Positions 56,883 through 64,000 of a stretch of 64,000 bases of DNA are shown here, piece by piece. The DNA is taken from positions 30,542-94,541 of the IMG/VR virus record IMGVR_UViG_3300032308_001681; one strand, given 5' to 3'. The position numbers were made by a program, and so were the translations under genes. The stretch is from a virus. A model generated the notes under the pieces. It was not told the DNA's origin. It made no database searches and saw only the letters and a list, made by a program, of their open reading frames with translations. The first letter of the stretch is position 1. Each line of letters begins with the position of its first letter.

Positions 56883-57277
56883 CTGCCTCTGACCATCTAG
56901 GACCGCAGTTTGTTAACGCGTTCCACGCTGCGCCCCGCCGTCTTAGGAAAGCTATAGAGAAGCAGGGCATTGTCCCGTCCCCAAACAGTTTGGATGACGC
57001 AGAAACCCCGGAATGGGACCGCGTGTTTCCGGTAGAGCACACACAAGGCGCATTCTTTTTTCAAAACAAAGAAGACCTTGAGCACTATGTTGGGGCGGGC
57101 TCGCATGACAGCGACGTATGGCACGGGACTGTTCCTCTCGAGCACACTCACCAAGACCCGTACTTAGACGACGCGGACTACACTACCAAACCAATAAAAA
57201 ATGTGAAAAGAGTCGGGCACACTGCTGAAGACGGCATTCACTGGCATCCTGAAGAAAACTGCCCCCACTGCAACTAG
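56879..57277 (+). CDS. ADP-ribosyltransferase-fold protein
   Basis: 'AFHAAP.....I..QGI.P...GAFFF...DVW...DP'. Confidence 0.55.
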   Translation: MTASDHLGPQFVNAFHAAPRRLRKAIEKQGIVPSPNSLDDAETPEWDRVFPVEHTQGAFFFQNKEDLEHYVGAGSHDSDVWHGTVPLEHTHQDPYLDDADYTTKPIKNVKRVGHTAEDGIHWHPEENCPHCN

Positions 57278-57372
57278 TTCTGGTAAAATCTTTCTAGAGC
57301 GTGCCATAAGGGCGCTTACAAACCGCTGGTCTTCGGACAGCGAAGCACCAGCACTATGTCGTCTAAGGAGAC

Positions 57373-57918
57373 ATGATGAATATCAATTACCCAGATAAGT
57401 ACCGTGGAGAACAAGAGCCATGGATTTCTCCCCCCAAAGTAAAAGAGAAGTGGGCGACGGAACCCCCCGCCCCTAAGCCTGTCACTATCGAAACACTGTT
57501 CCCCAATCTTGGACGTTGGTCCATTGGGTTTGACCCGGTGTTCGATACCCTCAAGACTCTTGCCAAAGAGAAGGCTGCAGCTTACCCCCCGTACAACGTC
57601 ACTAAAAATGGCGAGATGTACATCATTGATGTCGCCCTCGCTGGATTCGACAAGGATGAGGTCGAGGTAACGGTTGTCGACCAGACGTTGACGATTACTA
57701 CCGCAGCGGACGCAAAGATTCCTACGGACTCCCAGATTAAGAAGTCTGGAACCGAGGTCCTGTATCAGGGAATTGCCAAACGAGCCTTTAGGCTCAACTT
57801 TGCGCTCTCTGAATACGTCGAAGTAACGCAGGCAACCATGGAAAACGGCATCCTTATGGTGGTTTGCAAGAACAACATCCCCGAGGCATTGCTTCCAAAG
57901 AAGATTGAAATTAAGTAG
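57373..57918 (+). CDS. small heat-shock protein Hsp20 (IbpA-like)
   Basis: 'IGFD', 'YPPYN', 'ALAGF', 'YQGIAKR.F...F.L', 'MENGIL'. Confidence 0.9.
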   Translation: MMNINYPDKYRGEQEPWISPPKVKEKWATEPPAPKPVTIETLFPNLGRWSIGFDPVFDTLKTLAKEKAAAYPPYNVTKNGEMYIIDVALAGFDKDEVEVTVVDQTLTITTAADAKIPTDSQIKKSGTEVLYQGIAKRAFRLNFALSEYVEVTQATMENGILMVVCKNNIPEALLPKKIEIK

Positions 57919-57928
57919 TACATGAATA

Positions 57929-57964
57929 ATGGCCCCCTTGTAAGGAAACTCATAGGGGGGCCAT
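57929..57964 (+). terminator. rho-independent terminator
   Basis: ATGGCCCCC/GGGGGCCAT followed by a T-rich tract. Confidence 0.7.
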
Positions 57965-58027
57965 TTTGTTTAACCGAATAGTCGTAGAGCCGATTGGTAA
58001 ACTTAGTGAGGGCAATTAGGGAGAACT

Positions 58028-58645
58028 ATGAGCACGTACATCAACACTCTTGCGCAATACCGCATGAGCGAAGGCTGGGAAGGGCACCTCTCTAGGGGCA
58101 ACTCCCGAGGTGGTCTAGACTATGCCGTTAGTACCGGCACACCAATTACTGCCCCCTGTGATGGTCGTCTAGAAAATAGACCAAATAATGGAAATGGCTT
58201 TGGAAACTATATTCGCCTTCATCACGGAGACGGATTCATCGACGAGTACTTACACCTCCAAGACGGCGGGTTCGTTGCCGAGGGCCACTACTCTCAGGGT
58301 CAGGTTATTGGGTACTCGGGTAACACTGGGTTATCAACTGGCCCCCACGTACACTGGCATCTTATAGCCCCTAACGGTGTCCGTGTAAACCCCTTGGACT
58401 ATCTAAGTGGTAGCCCTACTTCAAAAACAAAGGATAAAAATAAAATGAATCTCTGCCACATTGTTACCCCGCAGCCCGACGGTCAGCTCAAGTTCCTCCT
58501 CTTTAACGACTCCTTCTACTTGGAGTTTGTTGGACAGGATGCCGCTAACGCTTTCGCCAGTCAAATCGGTGGAAACTCTGCCGGTGTATCAAAGTCTTTC
58601 TTTGACCTTGTAAAAGCACAGGTCGCCAAGAACCAAGCAAAATAG
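58028..58645 (+). CDS. M23 peptidase endolysin
   Basis: 'GGLDY', 'EYLHL', 'STGPHVH'; followed by holin. Confidence 0.85.
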   Translation: MSTYINTLAQYRMSEGWEGHLSRGNSRGGLDYAVSTGTPITAPCDGRLENRPNNGNGFGNYIRLHHGDGFIDEYLHLQDGGFVAEGHYSQGQVIGYSGNTGLSTGPHVHWHLIAPNGVRVNPLDYLSGSPTSKTKDKNKMNLCHIVTPQPDGQLKFLLFNDSFYLEFVGQDAANAFASQIGGNSAGVSKSFFDLVKAQVAKNQAK

Positions 58646-58670
58646 CCTAACCCCAACCCAAGGAGAAATA

Positions 58671-58913
58671 ATGAACGCGCTTGCGCAGCTCATCCCCGCC
58701 ACCGCTCGTAAGTGGCTCTACGCAATCACCGCAGCGGTTAACGCCATTGCTTTGATTGTCATCCCCCTGCTGGTCACGCTCAACGTCATCCCGACGAGTG
58801 CAGCCGACCAAATCACCATGATTGTCGGTGCAGTGCTTGCCATTGTTGCCGGTCTGGTTGCTGGTGGAAACGTCCCCGCTTCGACGGACAACACGGACGC
58901 CGGAGTAAACTAA
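58671..58913 (+). CDS. holin
   Basis: 'RKWLYAI' plus two TM helices; follows endolysin. Confidence 0.8.
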   Translation: MNALAQLIPATARKWLYAITAAVNAIALIVIPLLVTLNVIPTSAADQITMIVGAVLAIVAGLVAGGNVPASTDNTDAGVN

Positions 58914-58948
58914 CTCCAAGTTTCAACCACTACTTGAGCACAATTCTA

Positions 58949-58984
58949 AGGAAGCCTCCCTGTTAGTAGACGGGGAGGCTTCCT
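58949..58984 (+). terminator. rho-independent terminator
   Basis: AGGAAGCCTCCC/GGGAGGCTTCCT followed by GCTTTT. Confidence 0.7.
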
Positions 58985-59050
58985 GCTTTTGGTAGACTAG
59001 AGGAACCGCCCGCTCTTGGGCGGTTTCTATGTCTACAAGGAGATATTTCA

Positions 59051-60037
59051 ATGGGAATTTTGGGTCAGGGTATTCAAGAAGGCTTGCTTTTGAAGCCTGT
59101 CAAGTATCAGTGGGCAATGGACTTGTACGACCAAGCGGTCGCTAATACATGGTTCCCCAATGAGATTCAGCTTGGCGAAGATATTGCCGACTTCAAGACC
59201 ATGTCTGAGGACGAGCAGCACGCCATTACCTTCTTGATGAGCTTCTTTAACCCCTCTGAGCTGATTGTGAACAAGGCATTGGCATTTGGTGTTTACCCCT
59301 ATTTGAGCGCACCCGAGTGCCACCTGTACCTAGCCAAGCAGATGTGGGAAGAAGCCAACCACTGCATGAGCTTTGAGTACGTGCTCGAGACGTTCCCGGT
59401 GGACCGTGAGGCAATTTACGCTCAGCATGTGGCTGTGCCGTCAATTAAGGCAAAAGAAGACTTTGAGGTCAAGTTCATCACGCGCATGACGGAAGAGCGC
59501 CTTGACATTGAAACCGTAGAGGGCAAGCAGGACTTCGTCCGTAACCTCGTGGCTTACTCGGTAATCATGGAGGGTATCTGGTTCTACAGTGGCTTCATGG
59601 TGGCCCTGTCGTTCCGCCAGCGTAATCTGCTCCGCAACTTCGGCTCACTTGTTGACTGGATTGTCCGTGATGAGAGCCTTCATTTGAAGTTTGGGACCAA
59701 CCTTGTGGTAACCATCCTCGAAGAGAACCCCGACATTGTCACGCCCGAGTTTGCTGATGAAATCAAGCAGATGATTTTGGACGCAGTAGACATGGAAATC
59801 CAGTACAACCGTGACCAGTTCCCCCACGGCATCCTTGGCCTGAACGCTGACTACGCCAGCCAGTACACCAAGTACTTGGCCGACCGTCGTCTTGAGGAGC
59901 TCGGCTTTGGTCCGCACTACAACGTAACCAATCCTGCCAAGTGGATGGCTGCTGCCAACGACACTTTACAGCTTGTTAACTTTTTTGAGGCTACCAACAC
60001 CTCGTATGAGTCCAACGCGTCTGCCACGACAAAATAG
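59051..60037 (+). CDS. nrdB: ribonucleotide reductase beta subunit, class Ic signature
   Basis: 'W.P.EI....D', 'FF..SE', 'EEANH..SF', 'EGIWFYSGF', 'RDESLH', 'NFFE....Y'. Confidence 0.9.
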   Translation: MGILGQGIQEGLLLKPVKYQWAMDLYDQAVANTWFPNEIQLGEDIADFKTMSEDEQHAITFLMSFFNPSELIVNKALAFGVYPYLSAPECHLYLAKQMWEEANHCMSFEYVLETFPVDREAIYAQHVAVPSIKAKEDFEVKFITRMTEERLDIETVEGKQDFVRNLVAYSVIMEGIWFYSGFMVALSFRQRNLLRNFGSLVDWIVRDESLHLKFGTNLVVTILEENPDIVTPEFADEIKQMILDAVDMEIQYNRDQFPHGILGLNADYASQYTKYLADRRLEELGFGPHYNVTNPAKWMAAANDTLQLVNFFEATNTSYESNASATTK

Positions 60038-60074
60038 GTCATACTTTAAGTACGAATAGTACGAAAGGTCCGGT

Positions 60075-61733
60075 ATGCCACTCGGAAAACAGTTTAAGAA
60101 TACCTACTTTGTTAATGAGCAGGGTGAGACAATTTTTCACACCCCAAATGAGGGGGAGACCAATTCCGAAGTACGCCCCATGCCTCATATTGGTTCTCCT
60201 TACATTGGAAGCTCTTATCAAGGCATGCTATTTGACCCGCACTGGGGGACTGGGTCGAGTAAAGACCCGTCTATTTCTGATGACGAACGCCATGCAGCTA
60301 TTGACCGAGTTCTTGGAACGGGTGACGTCGAGGCGTTTCGCCGTGTAAACGGCCCTCTGAAACCCACAAATATCTTTCGACACAAAACTTCCGGTGAAGA
60401 GGTTACTCCAGACCAGATGACTCCGGAAGATAGAGCAAACACATCTAAAAATTACAGGCAATTGAGCGAGCGGGCCCCTCGCGTTAGTGTGGACCGAGCA
60501 ACCATGCAGATTGAAGGTGTTCGAAAAGCCGCTATCGAAAGTGGCATTCCACACCAAGAATGGGCCAACCTAAAACCAGTAGGTGTAGAGGTTCGCCCCC
60601 CACAAAGAACTTGGGGGGGCCACTACGACACTAGCTCTGGAAACATAACATTAAATGAACTAACCAAGTCCGAGTGGGTTGCGCCTAAAGAAAAGCCCGC
60701 GCTACCTCCCGCTAAGCGGGGCGCACCAATTCCTAACCCCAAGTGGCGGGCTCAAACCGAGGCGTTAGGCGAGGAGCACGGATACGGGCACAACCGACTC
60801 TTCACCGAAGGCTTCTCGGGATGGATGGAGGACAGCGGTAGTTGGTACAGCTCTCGCAATGACCCGGAAAATATGCCACGTACCCCGCAGCAAGCAGTAG
60901 CCCCGACGTACTTTAACGCCAAAGGAGAGCCGTACTCCCCCGACAAAGACACGGACGTGCACTATTTACCCGGGGGGCACACCGCAAACATCTTTCCGGG
61001 CAAGGGGGCAAGCACCAAAGACTATATTGCTACTCCTATAAAAACAGCTGTAGAAAACGAATACAGTGGACGAAACAAAACGCTTTGGTACCACTTGCGT
61101 CACGAAGCGGTCCCAGACCCAACTGCTGAAGTAGCTGAACCTAAACAACCTAAATCTAAACGAGTAATTGTTTCGTCCGGAGTTAAACCCGACACGTTAA
61201 CTCATGAGTTGGGGCACTCAATAGACCCAAATATTCGGGACATGACAATGTCTTACCCCGACCCGATTCAAGAGGGCGCGGCCGACGGTTACGAGGATAG
61301 GCATCATAAATACCGTGATGCTTATGAAGAAGCGCTTGACCCGTCACGTCCATCGCGCGCGAAAGAGCTGCAGTCAGAGGGAGGCTACGGCGCAAACTAC
61401 TTCAAAACTAGAACTGGTGGCCGTGTGGCCTCCGCTGCGTACATTGCCGCCCGTGCGCATGTTGCCATGGGTGAAAACAACATGAATACCATTCCAAACA
61501 GGAAAGACTTGTGGAATGGGCAAACCGACGGAATGTACGCCGACGATGCTGCCAAAAAACGAATGACAGTATTGGCACTAGGCCACTTGTACCACCACCA
61601 TGAGCATGTTCGCCAAGCTTTGGCATCAACCGGCTATGAGGCCGAAGGCAAAGCGGCGCACAAAGCGTGGGCTGCGGCATTGACTGATGGTGCTAGGGAC
61701 ACGCAACCGCCCACCCAACCCACTCTGTTTTAA
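60075..61733 (+). CDS. large protein with HExxH metallopeptidase motif
   Basis: 'LTHELGH.ID...QEGAAD'. Confidence 0.65.
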   Translation: MPLGKQFKNTYFVNEQGETIFHTPNEGETNSEVRPMPHIGSPYIGSSYQGMLFDPHWGTGSSKDPSISDDERHAAIDRVLGTGDVEAFRRVNGPLKPTNIFRHKTSGEEVTPDQMTPEDRANTSKNYRQLSERAPRVSVDRATMQIEGVRKAAIESGIPHQEWANLKPVGVEVRPPQRTWGGHYDTSSGNITLNELTKSEWVAPKEKPALPPAKRGAPIPNPKWRAQTEALGEEHGYGHNRLFTEGFSGWMEDSGSWYSSRNDPENMPRTPQQAVAPTYFNAKGEPYSPDKDTDVHYLPGGHTANIFPGKGASTKDYIATPIKTAVENEYSGRNKTLWYHLRHEAVPDPTAEVAEPKQPKSKRVIVSSGVKPDTLTHELGHSIDPNIRDMTMSYPDPIQEGAADGYEDRHHKYRDAYEEALDPSRPSRAKELQSEGGYGANYFKTRTGGRVASAAYIAARAHVAMGENNMNTIPNRKDLWNGQTDGMYADDAAKKRMTVLALGHLYHHHEHVRQALASTGYEAEGKAAHKAWAAALTDGARDTQPPTQPTLF

Positions 61734-61745
61734 TAGGGAACTACC

Positions 61746-61862
61746 ATGGCACGTAAATCCAAAGGCTCTGGTGTACGCAACGACAACCGCAATTGCGGTA
61801 AAGGGTTTAAGAAGCGTCCCAAGATTTTTGACCCTATTAAGCGCCGTCTTGTGAGGGTGTAA
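61746..61862 (+). CDS. 38-aa highly basic protein (not in ORF track)
   Basis: MARKSKGSGVRNDNRNCGKGFKKRPKIFDPIKRRLVRV; TAATG coupling. Confidence 0.6.
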   Translation: MARKSKGSGVRNDNRNCGKGFKKRPKIFDPIKRRLVRV

Positions 61863-62197
61863 TGGGTCGCAATAACGCCGACTTTGAAGAGTCAGCCCTC
61901 TATCACGGGACGGTACACCCCTTTAACCTAGGGGATGTAGTAATTCCCAAGAATTACTCTCACGCTTTTGCTACAGACTCTAAACACGAAGCGCGTGCTT
62001 ATGCCGACTCCGAGGCGGAGATTGAAACGAAGTTACGGGGAGAAACCGTTCCCGCACGAGTCTTTACCGTAGAACCCGTGGACCAAGAAGAGAACCTTAT
62101 CGTGAACCGCGTAAAATACCCTTTGGCTAAATCTCGCAAAACAAAGATATTTAAAAGTCAAAAAGGCTTCAAAATAACGGGAGAGCTTAATGGGTAG
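61862..62197 (+). CDS. MGRNN-tagged Arr-like ADP-ribosyltransferase
   Basis: MGRNNADF + 'LYHGTVHPF..GDVV.P...AFAT...VEP...S.KGFKI'. Confidence 0.75.
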   Translation: MGRNNADFEESALYHGTVHPFNLGDVVIPKNYSHAFATDSKHEARAYADSEAEIETKLRGETVPARVFTVEPVDQEENLIVNRVKYPLAKSRKTKIFKSQKGFKITGELNG

Positions 62198-62438
62198 AAA
62201 TAACGGGGACTTTTATCACGGTAGTTCTCACCCGTTTAAAAAAGGTGACATCATTACTCCACAGGGAGAGCACACTCACGCTTTTGCTACCGACCAAAAA
62301 TGGTATGCCAGAGGATTTGGAGACGTGTACGCAGTAGAGCCTGTAGAAAGTGAGGGCGTTGAGCACTACGACACAGTAGTGGATGCCAAAATGCTTCGCG
62401 CTAGTAAGGGCTTCAGAGTAAAGAGGCGCATACAGTAA
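62190..62438 (+). CDS. MGRNN-tagged Arr-like ADP-ribosyltransferase
   Basis: MGRNNGDF + 'YHGSSHPF..GDII.P...AFAT...VEP...KGFRV'. Confidence 0.75.
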   Translation: MGRNNGDFYHGSSHPFKKGDIITPQGEHTHAFATDQKWYARGFGDVYAVEPVESEGVEHYDTVVDAKMLRASKGFRVKRRIQ

Positions 62439-62791
62439 TGGGCAGGAACAACGCAGACTTTCACGGAGTTACCTTTCGCTATTCGCGTTTCAACGGGGAC
62501 CACTTTGTCTCCGCCAAAGAGCCCGGAGAAGGGCAGGGTGTCGGTTACCTGCACTGGTCTAATCAGGGTGGAAAGATTAACGACATCTATGTTGACCCTG
62601 ACTGGCGGCGTAAAGGTATTGCGACTGGGATGTTTGACTTCGCGCGAGTAATGGCAGAATCATCGCCCCACATTCCGCGCCCTAGGCACTCTGGCGTTCG
62701 TACTGAAGCAGGCGATGCTTGGTCCAAAACTACAAAGGGGTATTACCTACCCACAACAATCACTCCAGATAATGAGGAACAACGTGGGTAG
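62438..62791 (+). CDS. MGRNN-tagged GNAT acetyltransferase
   Basis: MGRNNADF + 'IYVDPDWRRKGIAT'. Confidence 0.8.
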   Translation: MGRNNADFHGVTFRYSRFNGDHFVSAKEPGEGQGVGYLHWSNQGGKINDIYVDPDWRRKGIATGMFDFARVMAESSPHIPRPRHSGVRTEAGDAWSKTTKGYYLPTTITPDNEEQRG

Positions 62792-63050
62792 AAACAACAA
62801 CGATTTTGCCAAAGGGCTGTTTCACGGCACAGACGCTGACCTCAACCCCGGTGACCTTGTAGAACCACGTACTGACGGAGTTGCGTGGGCTTCCACCAAC
62901 CGTGAAGTCGCCGCTAGCTACGGCTCTAAGCTTTATCACGTAGAGCCTTCCGAGGACATTCAACGCCACTCGGGGGCGGCCAAAGAGTTTGGTATCCACA
63001 ACTCGCGCATCGGCTTCAAGGTAAGGGGTCTGGCTGATGGGCCGCAATAA
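62784..63050 (+). CDS. MGRNN-tagged Arr-like ADP-ribosyltransferase
   Basis: GTG start (M)GRNNNDF + 'LFHGTDADLNPGDLVEP'. Confidence 0.75.
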   Translation: MGRNNNDFAKGLFHGTDADLNPGDLVEPRTDGVAWASTNREVAASYGSKLYHVEPSEDIQRHSGAAKEFGIHNSRIGFKVRGLADGPQ

Positions 63051-63330
63051 AGCAGACTTCAACGGAATCTCATACACCTTTACGGATACGCACCCAACCT
63101 CCCATGAGCTCGAGGCCTTTGACCCAGCTGTGGGAGATGTTGTTGGGTACATGCGCTGGAATCGGCAGCATGGCCGAGTTGAAGACATCTCGGTAGACCC
63201 AGAGCACCGAGGCAAGGGAATTGCCACAGGACTATGGAACCACGCTAAAACCTTGGGCGTTACGGCACCACAGCACAGTAGTGTACGTACAAAAAGCGGC
63301 CAAGCGTGGGCGGAAAAAGTCGGCAAATAG
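63037..63330 (+). CDS. MGRN-tagged GNAT acetyltransferase
   Basis: MGRNKADF + 'ISVDPEHRGKGIAT'. Confidence 0.8.
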   Translation: MGRNKADFNGISYTFTDTHPTSHELEAFDPAVGDVVGYMRWNRQHGRVEDISVDPEHRGKGIATGLWNHAKTLGVTAPQHSSVRTKSGQAWAEKVGK

Positions 63331-63445
63331 CCTGTATGCTGTACCTATAACCCGCCGAAAAGTGTTGGCCAACAACTCGTTCCTAGAGTGGCTAGAGCAC
63401 CTGCCGTAGCGAATTGGAACGTGAGCTGCGGATAGGATGGGTTAT

Positions 63446-63518
63446 TCCTCGATAGCTCAATTGGCAGAGCAGCGAGCTGTTAACTCGCAGGTTCGTGGTT
63501 CGAGTCCACGTCGGGGAG
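63446..63518 (+). tRNA. tRNA-Asn (GTT), CCA not encoded
   Basis: Acceptor TCCTCGA/TCGGGGA, D arm GCTCaattggcaGAGC, anticodon loop CTGTTAA, T arm CGTGG-TTCGAGT-CCACG. Confidence 0.95.
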
Positions 63519-63524
63519 CAAAAA

Positions 63525-63554
63525 AATAAGGGAGACAATTAAGTCTCCCTTATT
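63525..63554. terminator. bidirectional terminator
   Basis: AATAAGGGAGAC/GTCTCCCTTATT between convergent units. Confidence 0.75.
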
Positions 63555-63564
63555 CTTAAAGTAG

Positions 63565-63708
63565 TTACTCCGAGTCAGCCTCGTCGGCGTCTTCGTCAGC
63601 TTCGACCTCTTCAGCTTCGACCTCTTCAGCCTCGACCTCTTCAGCCTCGACCTCTTCAGCCTCGACCTCTTCAGCCTCGACCTCTACGGTCTCGTCAATT
63701 TCAGACAT
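63565..63708 (-). CDS. 47-aa extremely acidic repeat protein (not in ORF track)
   Basis: SD AAGGA; MSEIDETV(EVEAE)5EVEADEDADEADSE; 15-bp tandem repeat x6. Confidence 0.65.
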   Translation of the reverse strand: MSEIDETVEVEAEEVEAEEVEAEEVEAEEVEAEEVEADEDADEADSE

Positions 63709-64000
63709 GTTTATTCCTTTTGGTAGATGGTTGGTATTGCCATCAAAAGGATAGCAGAGATTACTTACTTATCGTGATTATCGTGTTTGTGTTTCCAAAC
63801 AGAAACACCGATAGCAATACCAATAAACAGAGAACCAATGACCCCAAGAAGTGTGGTTGCGTCCATAGTTTGACATTATCAGCAAATGCTGTGCTAGTCT
63901 ATGCAACATGAATTCCATGACCGGACCACTTATAGGCATAATCATTGGCGCTGGCACGATTATCGGCAGTGCCGTTGGCGTATCCACCGCTGCACCCGAA

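Noticed and set aside
61862-63050. Rifampicin-resistance (arr) genes
   Set aside because: Only the NAD-binding core resembles Arr. The proteins are shorter, multiply paralogous and in a phage effector context, so no resistance call is supportable.
63340-63430. Possible small RNA or ribozyme upstream of tRNA-Asn (CTCGTTCC...GGAACGTGAG pairing)
   Set aside because: Only one imperfect stem seen; could not build a ribozyme or tRNA fold.
63778-63987. Minus-strand 69-aa ORF at the window end
   Set aside because: Truncated context and ambiguous frame; not enough evidence to call.

Overview
This window is an internal 64-kb segment of a large tailed phage, probably contractile-tailed, with an actinobacterial host (inferred from two WhiB genes, DUF2637- and MSMEG_6728-like genes and leaderless promoters). 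It has four blocks. (1) 1-6.7 kb (+): baseplate/tail-fibre genes, including a gp5/Vgr OB-fold-collagen fusion and a GT2 glycosyltransferase. (2) 6.7-33.4 kb (+): replication/recombination genes (HTH initiator, DnaC-like loader, DnaB, primase, SNF2 helicase, SSB, PolA, RecA, WhiB, Cas4-like, RuvC, SpoVS), hypothetical genes and an NTase/HAD-like/TGT-like trio. (3) 33.4-46.3 kb (-): a putative early operon running from a structured ~380-nt leader through MoxR AAA+/VWA and many small genes to an excisionase-like gene and tyrosine integrase. It is punctuated by 11 co-varying tRNA-like elements, each placed just upstream of a hairpin and ribosome-binding site, and I found no AGCT in it. (4) 46.9-63.5 kb (+): mostly leaderless genes encoding ADP-ribosyltransferase-fold and (pseudo)GNAT proteins, five of which share an N-terminal MGRN[NK]xDF tag, plus Hsp20, M23 lysins, a holin, an RNR beta subunit with class Ic signature and tRNA-Asn. 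The best candidates for an undescribed system are the tRNA-like punctuation array and the tagged ART/GNAT set. All calls were made by eye from motifs; no database searches were run.
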